A DNA stretch of 63,608 nt, filler included, from Pelomyxa schiedti (lineage: Eukaryota; Protista; Evosea): NCBI GenBank assembly GCA_020536535.1. It is 8 parts of 8 records of this genome, joined end to end, with 100 filler letters (N's around TTAATTAATTAA, not from the genome) between each part and the next. Parts side by side here need not be neighbours in the genome. Positions count along the whole stretch, not along the records: positions 35,989 to 42,909 come from JAHLWZ010000410.1; positions 43,010 to 59,197 come from JAHLWZ010001146.1; 6 more parts are not named here. One strand, 5' to 3'. Below, piece by piece: positions 35,999 through 46,599 of the stretch. Numbering within the stretch: position 1 is the stretch's first letter; every line of letters begins with the position of its first letter. The notes below the pieces were generated by a model. It was given only the letters and a program-made list of their open reading frames with translations, was not told the origin of the DNA and searched no databases. The translations under genes and the position numbers were made by a program.

Positions 35999-38900
35999 CT
36001 ATCTGTGGCCGTTGATGCGTTGGAGTGCACGGCGCCTGCCCTCCTCGGTGCCCAGGACGGGCTTGAGGAGCCCACGTAGCTCGCGCTTGAGTGCTCCCCG
36101 GCTGTATGGGATGTTGTTGTCTGAGCAGCACAGGTCCTGGTTCGCACAGTAGTGGAATATAAGTGCCTATGCCAATCAGTTAGTAGGGAGTGGTGCAAGT
36201 AGTGATTAGTTTTGGTTGTTCGTCGGTGTGTGGTGGGTTGAGTATGTGTCTGTGTTGATGTTGGTTGCCAATCACAGCTTGTTTGTTGGTTTTTGTTGCT
36301 TGTTTCCGGGAGGGAGATTTTAACCTGTTTCCTATCTACAAATAAAGCGGGGTGGCAGAATATGCGGGCCTGGCCGTCTGTTGTTTTCCGCCAGTAGCTT
36401 GTAAGCCTGCCGGAATACTTTATTGGGTGCCCGTATGGCTGGCATGGGTAAGCAACGCTGTCAACAGTTTCCTTGTGTATAAATATCTGGAAAAGCGAGC
36501 CTTAGGCCGGTGTGGTGTGAAATAGCTTGTTAAAACAAACCTGCAGCATATTTCCTGGTGGGTGGTCGCCTGTGGCAGCGGGATAGCCTATTACATGTCT
36601 GCCGCCAGTGCTGTAGTGCCCTGTGGGGAGGTTGTATTTGGCTCCGATTTCAACCGCCCGGTGGGCAACGTTGGCGAGGTCCCGTCCTTTGGAGAAGTTA
36701 TCCAGTGGGATGGGAATAACTTATTTGAATACCCGAAAAGCCACATGCACCCAGCAAGTCGTTGAGCAAGGTGGGCCACTGCACATCACCGCAGGAGTAT
36801 CCTTGCATGAAGCAAGAGAGCGGGTACATCTCGCTTGCCTTTGCAAAAAGCCCACAGCTCACAGAGATAGCAAGGGCACGGAACCTAGGATCGTGATCCT
36901 AAGGAACGAGTGGGTACCACTTAGGAGCGAAAACCGCACATACGTTTCCTTTCATCGACTTGAAGTCTGCCATCAACAGATCCAATGTAGGCTTTCCATG
37001 GAAAGGAGCTTGCAGTAATCTACGTTTGTGTCATCCAACAAAAAAAAAAAAGGAAGACTGGAAACCGCGGAAGTGGTGGAAAATCTGACGGTAAACCATA
37101 TAGAACGGAGGCGATTTCCGATTGCAACTCATAAAGCAAGGAAGCAAGTGAATACTAACACCAAATAAGCTCAAGAAATAAAGTCAATTCCCATACTGAA
37201 TGATAGAAGACATAGTAATCCGTGAAGTATTCCTGCTCCCGCTCCAACATCGTACTAAAGCAGTACGCACAAAATTGTGCATCCTTCGGTGGTAGGCTCG
37301 CAGTTAAGAGGTCAGCGGGATCACCCTTTAAATCATGAGTACAAACAAGAGAATTGAGGAAAAGGTACACTTAGTCCAATATATGACTGGCATGGAGCTC
37401 GCTTATTTAATCTGAAAACTACACCGTTTTTCCTTACAACAACTGGCTTCCCTGTAACTGGCTTGGTACCTGTGCTTGGGTCATAAGAGCCTCCCGTATC
37501 AACATAATCTCCCCCTCCATAGTCTCCACCATCTCCGCCTCCATAATCCCCCCCACCATAGTCTCCCCCATCTCCGCCGTCTCCTCCATCTCCACCATAA
37601 TCTCCACCATCACCCCCAGCTCCAGGAACAACATCCCCCATTAAATAGGCAACAGCTCGATTGATATCTCCACGGCTGTTTTCAACAATTATTATTCATG
37701 AAGCAGAGGTCTTGGTACCTTTCATCTAACGCAGACTTCAGTACAGAAGCTTCAGCTTTAGGGAAGATATACATCAGACGTCTTAAGTCAGGGTGAATAT
37801 CACCTGTGGGTAAAAGTTATTTCATTTTGTAAAAATTGACTTTAAACCAGGAATTACAGGTTCTGGGTCATCTTCTGGAAACAGTGTTGCGGGCCTGGCT
37901 ACCCCAAGTAGCATTGCAACTGCCTGTTCCACGTTACCATGAGCGGACTTCAAAGTTTCACTTAAAACAGCATCATCAATATGAGGTAGCATTTCCTTTA
38001 ACTGTGTTTGGGTTATATTTAGACTGGGAAAAGTGAAAGGATACCGTAAGAAGAGCAGGTGTCATTGGTCCTTTGAAAGTTGAGGTCTTTGGAAAGAAAC
38101 AAAATTAATGCTGAAAATTAAAAGGAATCCTTACAGTGGCTGGTCGTTTAGTAGGGTCAACCCCAAGACATGACGTTACATGGTGTTCCAACTTTGTTTT
38201 CTCAACAAAAAAAGGGGGAAAAGAGACATACAGCTGAAAGAGCAAAAGCTTTGTAGCAAATGGGACACATTCCTTGATCAGCGGGTTTTCCAGTACACTG
38301 GTCAACATGTTCTTGGAACTGTGGGAGTCTCAGTAGAGAATTTTCCCTAGAGGGAACTAGACCATCGAATGAGGTACACTTTGGAAACAGAATGGACAGC
38401 CATCAAAATCCTCTTCTAAAGTGGGCTTCTTAGCTGGGGCTGTGCATGTAGGAACATGGGTAAAAAGCTAGTTCCCGTTACTATGAGAGATTCTAATAAT
38501 ATGATACCTCCTCAATAGTGAAGTGCTTTCCACAAGAAGGACATTGCTCCGAAGCCGCAGAAGATGTAGTGGAAGTTGCCGGTTTTGTGCTGGGAGGGGG
38601 AGTTTTAGGCCTTGTTGTACTGGGAGGTGTTGGAGAAGGGGGTGTTTTTGGTCTGCCCGTAGTTGGTGGTGTTTTGGGCCGTGTTGTGGATGGCGTTGGT
38701 TTTGGTGAAGCATCTGCTAAACAGGCATTCACGTGATCCTCAATCTGATAGGAATCAATGCATGGATGAGAAGGGAAGGGGGATACCATTTTAATTGGGA
38801 ATTGCTTGGAGCATATTGGGCATGTTTCAGTACTAGGTGTCACAGGAGCTGAGGTGGCTGGCTTTGGTTGCACTGTTCCATCACACTTGTCAGCGTGCCT

Positions 38901-41900
38901 TGCAATCTGTAAACGATGAATATCTTTATGATTGGAGATTAAAAGTAAGACCTCTTTAAGTCCAAATGGCTGCCCACATAGAGGGCATTCAACTGTTTCT
39001 TCCGTTCTCAGATATGTAAGGGGCAAACAAAAACAAATGGCCGAATGTACCTTGGTTTTACAGGAGTAACTGGGGTTGGGGTGACTGGAGTTGGAATGGG
39101 AGTTGGCTTGACAGGAGTCACTACTGGTGTTGGTGTGACAGGAGTTGTCACTGGTGTCGGTGTTGGTGGTGTAGGTGTAGGTGTTAGTGTTGGTGTCGGT
39201 GTCGGTGTGAGAACTGGGGTGGCTACAGGCACTTGTGTTACTGGGGGAGTTGCTGCAGGTGTTGGAAGTTTTGCCATAATTGTTTGAAGGAGATCTTGTT
39301 GTTGCTTTAACAGTTCTTCCCATGTTGACTTGTTGGAGGATGCTGGAGGGGACATAGGCACTAGTGTCGCTGTTGAAAGAGGTGTGTTAACCACTGAAGT
39401 CACTGGTGTGGGTGTTGGGGGCGGTGTAGCACTAGCCACTAAAGGTGCGGTTTGAGCTGGCGTTGGTGATGGGGTGGGTGGTACTGTAGACTTTGATGTA
39501 AACAGGGAGTCAAGGAAATCAAGACTGATGGAAGAGGGTGGTTTAGTATTTCCACTTGTTGCTGGTGTTGATACAAGTGTTTCAGAAACTGGAGTAAGAG
39601 TGGCAATAGTCGATATAGTTGTTATTGGTGTTGCCGGAGTTGAAGGGGTATCAAAGGATAAATCAATTAAACTCTCAGTCATCTTGGGAGGTGGAATAGG
39701 TGTTGAAGGTGCAGTGGGAGGTGGGGAAGTTGAGGATGGTGTCATAAACGCAGACTGAGAGGATAATGCTGTAATTGATGGTATAGGTGGCTTAGCATCG
39801 ATGCCAGTTTCCTTTGCACTTGGGCAAGTTGAGGTGAGGGTGGAGGGGCCACTATGGATCTCAGAAAGAGATGGCTCAGAAGGTACCAGAGTTTGAGGTA
39901 AAGGCTGTGGTGGAGCAATAGGTTGCACTTGTGCGGGCGGGTCCATAAAAGCAGAAACAGTGGGGGAAATGATTGACATGTCCGATACTTGAGAAGTACA
40001 TAATACTGGTGTTTCTGGAATGAGTGGCATTGGCTGACTGGCTTGTGAAGTGGGAATGGGAACGCTTCCAGGAGAAGTAGAGGCAGAGGATGATGGCTGT
40101 GTTGCAATATTTGCGGGAGATTTTAGCTCTTCAGAAGGGACGATTGGGGTGAGAGCTGGTTTTTGGGTGAGAGGTGTTGGAGGTAATACCTCTGGGAGTG
40201 GCGATGCAACAGAAGAAGGAATCGATGGTTGGGTACTTACTGGTTCTGGAGAAAGAGGAAGAGGTTTTGATTCCGAACTGCTGGTCATTACTTGGCCAGG
40301 ACCATGAGCAAGAGAGGATACTATGCAGGAGGGGAAATGCGCAGCAATCTGTGATGGAATTAAATGAAATACTCATGGAACAAAGGAACACACTTCCGTG
40401 ATAGGAAACTGTAGGGCACACGAGGGACACTGCTGGGTTGAAGAGTCTGTTTTGACAGGAGGATTGGATTGATGGGTTAGTGGTGANNNNNNNNNNNNNN
40501 NNNNNNNNNNNNNNNNNNNNNNNNNNNNNNNNNNNNNNNNNNNNNNNNNNNNNNNNNNNNNNNNNNNNNNNNNNNNNNNNNNNNNNGAAATACTCATGGA
40601 ACAAAGGAACACACTTCCGTGATAGGAAACTGTAGGGCACACGAGGGACACTGCTGGGTTGAAGAGTCTGTTTTGACAGGAGGATTGGATTGATGGGTTA
40701 GTGGTGATGATGATACAGAAGTTGTGGAAGGCGCTTCATTTTGGACGGGAAATTGTGCTGGGGGTATTGGCTCTTTACAAACGACTGGAAGGGCAGGTAC
40801 TAGTGGCAGTGTAGTGGAAGCTATAATTGTTGGTGGAGCTGGAGTTGGCGTTGGAGCTGTTGGAGTTGACGTTGGCGTTGGAGTTGGAGGTGTTGATGTT
40901 GGTGTTTGCATTTGTGTTTGTGTTTGTGTGTCTGGTACTGGTGTTGGGGTTGTTGTTGGCAGCATCGTTTGTGCACTTGGTGTTGGTGTTGGTGTTGGTG
41001 TTGGTGTTGGTGTTGGTGTTGGTGTTGGTGTTGGTGTTGTTGGATTGGTCGTTTGGCATTGAACTGAACTTGCTGGGGGTTGAGTGGGTGTTGGTGTGGT
41101 TGTTGTGCCCGGTGCTGGGGTTGTTGTTGGCAGCACTGTTTGTGCACTTGGTGTGGGTGCAGCAGTTGGTGCCAATGTTGGAAGTTTTGCCATAATTGTT
41201 TGAAGGAGATNNNNNNNNNNNNNNNNNNNNNNNNNNNNNNNNNNNNNNNNNNNNNNNNNNNNNNNNNNNNNNNNNNNNNNNNNNNNNNNNNNNNNNNNNN
41301 NNNNNNNNNNACTGCTGGGTTGAAGAGTCTGTTTTGACAGGAGGATTGGATTGATGGGTTAGTGGTGATGATGATACAGAAGTTGTGGAAGGCGCTTCAT
41401 TTTGGACGGGAAATTGTGCTGGGGGTATTGGGTCTTTACAAACGACTGGAAGGGCAGGTACTAGTGGCAGTGTAGTGGAAGCTATAATTGTTGGTGGAGC
41501 TGGAGTTGGCGATGGAGCTGTTGGAGTTGACGTTGGCGTTGGAGTTGGAGGTGTTGATGTTGGTGTTTGCATTTGTGTTTGTGTTTGTGTGTCTGGTACT
41601 GGTGTTGGGGTTGTTGTTGGCAGCACTGTTTGTGCACTTGGTGTTGGTGTTGGTGTTGGTGTTGGTGTTGGTGTTGGTGTTGGTGTTGGTGTTGGTGTTG
41701 GTGTTGGTGTTGTTGGATTGGTTGTTTGGCATTGAACTGAACTTGCTGGGGGTTGAGTGGGTGTTGGTGTGGTTGTTGTGCCTGGTGCTGGGGTTGTTGT
41801 TGGCAGCACTGTTTGTGCACTTGGTGTGGGTGCAGCAGTTGGTGCCAATGTTGGATTTGTAGGTGCAGGGGGTAATTCCGGTGTTGTTAGTACTGTTGGT

Positions 41901-42482
41901 TGTTGTGTTGCCTGTGATAATAGTGGCGGTTCTGGTAATGCTGGTAATGACACTGGCATGCCAGGCGCAGTTGTCTTTGCGGTTACACATACAGACACAT
42001 GGGTGCCTATCTATTTTCCCATTAAAACTACAACAAAAATAANNNNNNNNNNNNNNNNNNNNNNNNNNNNNNNNNNNNNNNNNNNNNNNNNNNNNNNNNN
42101 NNNNNNNNNNNNNNNNNNNNNNNNNNNNNNNNNNNNNNNNNNAGTGGCGGTTCTGGTAATGCTGGTAATGACACTGGCATGCCAGGCGCAGTTGTCTTTG
42201 CGGTTACACATACAGACACATGGGTGCCTATCTATTTTCCCATTAAAACTACAACAAAAATAAATTTTCCGTTGATCAGAGCACCTTGTCAATTGCGAAA
42301 TAGGAGCCACACAACGGGCAACATTGTTGTTGTTGCGCGCCGTTGTTGTTGCCGTTGTCGTTGCTGTTGTCGCCCGGTGGTTTCGTCACAGCAACAACGC
42401 TGCGCGTGGTCGCCACGTTAGTCGTCGCAGCATCGGCGTTGCTACCCGTCGCTGGTGTCGCACCCCCCGACGCAGTGGACAT
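35999..42482 (-). CDS. large multi-exon protein: 7 UBZ4-type zinc fingers, Pro/Thr linkers, 2 CUE domains, Gly/Asp/Tyr linker, orphan C-terminal domain
   Basis: ATG 42482. Seven C-x2-C-x11-H-x3-C fingers after splicing. CUE-like LKEMLPHIDDAVLSETLKSAHGNVEQAVAMLLG and LRRLMYIFPKAEASVLKSALDESRGDINRAVAYLM. Reading frame continues across GT-AG introns to a stop at 35999-36001. The middle is disrupted by three assembly gaps. Confidence 0.85.
37476..37625 (-). repeat. coding GGD(Y)GG-type repeat
   Basis: GGDGGDYGGDGGDGGDGGDYGGGDYGGGDGGDYGGGDY between the second CUE domain and the C-terminal domain. Confidence 0.85.
40487..42142. other. three 100-N gaps (40487, 41211, 42043) with duplicated flanks inside the Pro/Thr-repeat region
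   Basis: 40587-41210 and 41311-41860 are near-identical copies that differ in (GTGTTG)n unit number. This is an unresolved or collapsed repeat, or two alleles. Confidence 0.9.
41639..41712 (-). repeat. (CAACAC)n coding Thr-Pro repeat; second copy at 40978-41038
   Basis: Perfect hexamer array encoding TPTPTP. Confidence 0.95.
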
Positions 42483-42540
42483 TGTTTTGTTTCCCTTCTT
42501 TGATTCTGAATCGGAAACTACGGTTACCGTTCACGAAGGT

Positions 42541-42556
42541 TGATCAGGCCTGATCA
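42541..42556. promoter_or_regulatory. perfect 16-bp palindrome TGATCAGGCCTGATCA upstream of the UBZ-CUE gene
   Basis: Self-complementary 16-mer about 60 bp upstream of ATG 42482. Regulatory function is inference only. Confidence 0.3.
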
Positions 42557-42689
42557 CAGTGTTGCGGCGACGTCGCCCACAATGATGATGGGAGCAAACA
42601 CGAAGAAATATTTGTGCAAGGCACAATTGATTATTTGACCCTATAAAAAGTGTACAAATGTTTGCCGAGTCGGGTGGCGAGGAATGTGG

Positions 42690-42909
42690 ATTGGGTTCTG
42701 AATCACGTGGTGTAATGGTGGGTGCTGGACACGTTTTTGTTGTGTGATGCTTGGTGGGTGCTGAATCACGTTGTGTTGTGATGGTGGATGCTGAATCACG
42801 TTTTTGTTGATGTGATGCAATTGGGTGCTGAATCACGTTGTGCTATGATGATGGATGCGGAATCACGTTTTGGTTGTGTAATGGCGGTGGGTGCTGAATC
42901 ACGTTGTGA
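42690..42909. repeat. minisatellite with conserved core GTGCTGAATCACGTT and alternating ~30/36-37 bp spacing
   Basis: Seven cores starting at about 42699, 42726, 42762, 42792, 42829, 42859 and 42895; runs into the contig end. Confidence 0.9.
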
Positions 42910-43009
42910 NNNNNNNNNNNNNNNNNNNNNNNNNNNNNNNNNNNNNNNNNNNNTTAATTAATTAANNNNNNNNNNNNNNNNNNNNNNNNNNNNNNNNNNN
43001 NNNNNNNNN
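42910..43009. other. artificial contig spacer
   Basis: N44-TTAATTAATTAA-N44. Confidence 0.98.
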
Positions 43010-43128
43010 AAACAAACAAACAAACAAACAAACAAACAAACAAACAAACAAACAAACAAACAAACAAACAAACAAACAAACAAACAAACAAACAAACAAA
43101 CAAACAAACAAACAAACAAACAAACAAA
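43010..43128. repeat. (AAAC)n microsatellite within the first intron of the minus-strand gene
   Basis: About 30 perfect units next to the GTGTAT donor at 43135. Confidence 0.98.
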
Positions 43129-43135
43129 CATACAC

Positions 43136-43450
43136 GAGGCGGTGGTAGTGCCATGCCAGCCCAACTACCCGTGAAATCTCCTTGGTGGGTATCATCCTCA
43201 GCTGCGCGAACGGAACCCGCGACTCCCTCGCCGCCGCCCCCCCCGCCCCCGCAGCCACCGCCTGTGCTTGCCCCACTGCCCCCCCCGTTGTGTTGTTGTT
43301 GTTGTTGTTGCTCGCCGCGGTGGTCGGCGCCTGCTGCGGGTGCGGTGGCGCCACGACGACGACCGGTGCCCGCCGCGGAGCCTGCTGTTGCTGCTGCTGC
43401 GGGGCGCCTGTGGGCCCCGCTGTGTTGGGTGCTTGTTGTGCCCCAGACAT
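43136..43450 (-). CDS. hypothetical protein, first exon only
   Basis: ATG 43450, reading MSGAQQAPNT...PFAQLRMIPTKEISRVVGLAWHYHRL, followed by a GT donor. The rest is lost at the contig end. Confidence 0.6.
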
Positions 43451-43513
43451 CGTTTGGTTGGTTTCGCGAAGGTGAGACCTCTTGTTTTTTTTTTGTTGGT
43501 TGAAACGTCACGC

Positions 43514-46112
43514 ATGGCTTCCAGCACTACGCCGGCACCACCACCACCACCAGCAACAACAACAACAACAACAGGAGGAGGAGGCAGCAGCTCGATGCTG
43601 AGGCACGTGGGGATGAGCGGGTCGTACGGGGTGACGTTCTGGCACCAGCTGGGCAAGCACAAGCTGGACGTCATGAGGCTCAGCGAGCAACCCCTGCCCC
43701 TCGTGGCAAAGTACGCGACCCCCTCGCCTTCGTCGTCGTATGCGACGAGTGAAACACAGTCTCAGAGGTGCGAGCTGAGCATGGACTATAGTTCGTTCGA
43801 GGCAATTGCTAGCGAGGGGGACGACGTGGGCAGGGGATTGGTGTATCGGGGAACCCTGTACAACGCAAACACACAGGTCGGATTCAAGGAGATGAAAAAG
43901 GCTGAATTGTTCGCGGCCGAGGCTAACAAGGTCCCTTTCTCTTGTTAATACTTCATGTCAATGGGAATGTTATATATATATATATGGGGAGTTGTAATTG
44001 TTGTAGAGTTGTGGTAGTAATTTGATTTTGTGTCCAGATATTCGAAGATATCAAGTCGGGAGCTGCACTTCGGGACACCACTCTCCTTAACAGGTTTCTT
44101 ATCGTAACTTATGCTGATTTGAAAAAGTACCACTTCTCCTATATGCTGGGAGTACCCGCAATTCGCTTCGATTCCCCTTCAGCCACTCAACCTACACCGG
44201 CTTCAGACCCTGCCACCAACATCAGTATACCTCATCTCGTTGGCTCACCGGTTCATCTGTCGGCATTACTTTCAGCTCCTCTTACCACAGAGCTTCATAA
44301 GAAGTACTGGTCCCCTCAGTGCAGGTGGCCATTCTTTGTAGTCAAAGTCAGCACTGAGAACCCCGAATCTCTTGACGTTTTACCACTATCGTCATTGCTT
44401 ACCATTGTCACTCCAAATACTCCACTTCCTCCCTCTGTATGGGTGGCATTTGTGGATCCTTCTGGCATGAAAGATAACCCAGGATGGTTCTCTACCTTTT
44501 TTTTAATTATTACCTTTTGACATTACCTACAGGCCTCTCAGGAACTTGTTGGTACTGTTAGCTGTGCAATTCCACTTGCGAACCGTAAAAATTCTCTGTT
44601 ACCGCGATCAGGCACCTTTTGCAGGTACTGCAAAGTTTGTTGTTTTCATTGCACTACCTGACCTCCTCATAAAGAGACTTCTCAAAGTGTAGTTATTGAA
44701 ATTTCTCTCCCTCCTCCACCTGAAGTGGCCAACGCCGTTGGATGGGAACCACACCCAAATGGTAAAATCCAACCGCAATTCGTATCTCTGAGTGAGAGTA
44801 TGGACCCAATCAAGTAAAGAAAATTTCCTATACGAACTTGCAATAAATCATACTGCAGGCTTGCCACAACCGCTGTGGATTTAAATTTAAAGTTGGTGAG
44901 GTGGCGGATGTTTCCTGAACTTGACCTGAATATGCTCGCAAATACTCGCTGCCTTCTTCTAGGAGCAGGTACTCTTGGGTGCAATGTAGCTCGCACTTTG
45001 ATGGGATGGGGGATCAGGAAGATCACTTTTGTGGACAATGCACAAGTGTCATATTCCAATCCAGTCAGGCAGTCTCTGTTTGGTTTTAATCACTGTACAA
45101 CTCAAACGTGGAAAGCAAAGCAAGCCGCCGAGTCACTGATGCAAATATTTCCCGGCATGGTGTGTAATCCTTCCCGAATTCTGGAGTTGAACTTTCTTGC
45201 CAGGTTGCTGAAGGAATAGTAATGAATATTCCAATGCCTGGTCACCCTGTTGTAGCTTCCACACAGGGCATTGTTCAAGAAGCGTGTAGTAAACTTGCAC
45301 AACTGGTGAAGGATCATGATGTTGTTTTCTTACTTGGGGATTCTAGAGAGATGCGGTGGCTGCCTTCATTACTTTGTGCAGCTGAAAACAAGGCACATCC
45401 ATACCTTTCCTCAGGTCAAATACTAAAATATTTGGGTTGTATCAGATTGCCATCACTGCCGGCTTAGGTTTTGACAGCTTTGTTGTCGTGCGGCATGGAG
45501 TAATACCACGCGAACCATCCCCCAGGCTTGGCTGTTACTTCTGCTCTGATGTAGTGGCTCCAAGAGATGTAAGACACCAATTGAAAAGCTTTAAAGTAAT
45601 TACCCTTTCCGATAGTCAATGACAGACAGGACATTAGATCAGACATGCACAGTTACCCGCCCTGGCATCTCCATGGTTGCGTCCGCTATGGCTGTTGAGC
45701 TTCTCATTTCTCTGCTCCATCACCCCCTCAAGTAATTCCCACTATGCATCATATTCTGAATTCTAACCACGGCACCAGAGCGCAAGCGCCGGGAGAAGAA
45801 AGAGATGCAACAAGCATGGGACTTGGCTCTGTTCCACACCAACTAAGAGGATTCCTTTCCCAATGGAATATCCTCACTCTGACCGGCTTTGCTTATTCCA
45901 AGTGTCCTGCCTGTTCTCCGATTGTGTGTACATTTCCTTTGTGATTCCCAACCAACCCTGGAAATACACAGGTCATAGAGGAGTATCAGAAGAGAGGATT
46001 CGAGTTTCTGCTGCAAGTTTTCAACCAACCAACTTACCTGGAGGAACTAACGGGGCTGAACAAGCTATCTGAGGAGCACGATTGGATCTCTGAAGAAAAC
46101 GACGATTTTTAA
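43514..46112 (+). CDS. ATG7: ubiquitin-like modifier-activating enzyme ATG7
   Basis: [82 protein letters not shown] and VPHQLRGFL. Confidence 0.97.
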
Positions 46113-46599
46113 TCATTCAAATCTTAAAGTCGTACGATTCACCAGAATTACTACCACTGTTTCAAGCCAACCCTTCAAACACACAACAGTGCTTGCCCAG
46201 TGGGGATATGCCACAAGCAAGGTTGAGGGTGCTAGCCTGTCGCCAGTCACCTCCCCCCCCGTGTCTCGGCTTGGCGCATTGTGCTCCCACCCGCTGTCGC
46301 TGATCCGAACGTCGTTGAGGGTTTGTTTTTTTCTTATGGGAGGGCACTCAGAAGTGAAGTACCAATCAAATGATGTTCGCACGCAACGCCATCTCAGCTG
46401 CGACAAGCAGACGTCCTTTCGCAAATGAGCAGTGAGTGGTGCTGTGTTATCTTTAGCACCCAATTTTTGGTTTGCAATAGCAAATCAAGGAATAATAAAA
46501 AAAAAACAAAAAGCCAACACCCGATCGGCAGGCCGACGCAGCTCCGTAAAAGCGACACATACATAAAGAAAGCCGGCAACAGCACAACCACAACCAAGA

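Noticed and set aside
36300-37020. Plus-strand frames with RT-like (FIDLKSAI) or DDE-like words
   Set aside because: The region is fully explained by minus-strand exons of the UBZ-CUE gene's C-terminal domain.
40587-42263. Extra copies of UBZ2 and the TP-repeat exon
   Set aside because: They flank N gaps and are near-identical, so they were treated as unresolved assembly. Only seven distinct fingers were counted.
42690-42909. CRISPR-like appearance of a conserved core with variable spacers
   Set aside because: The core is about 15 nt, the spacers are themselves related degenerate repeats, the context is eukaryotic and there are no cas genes.
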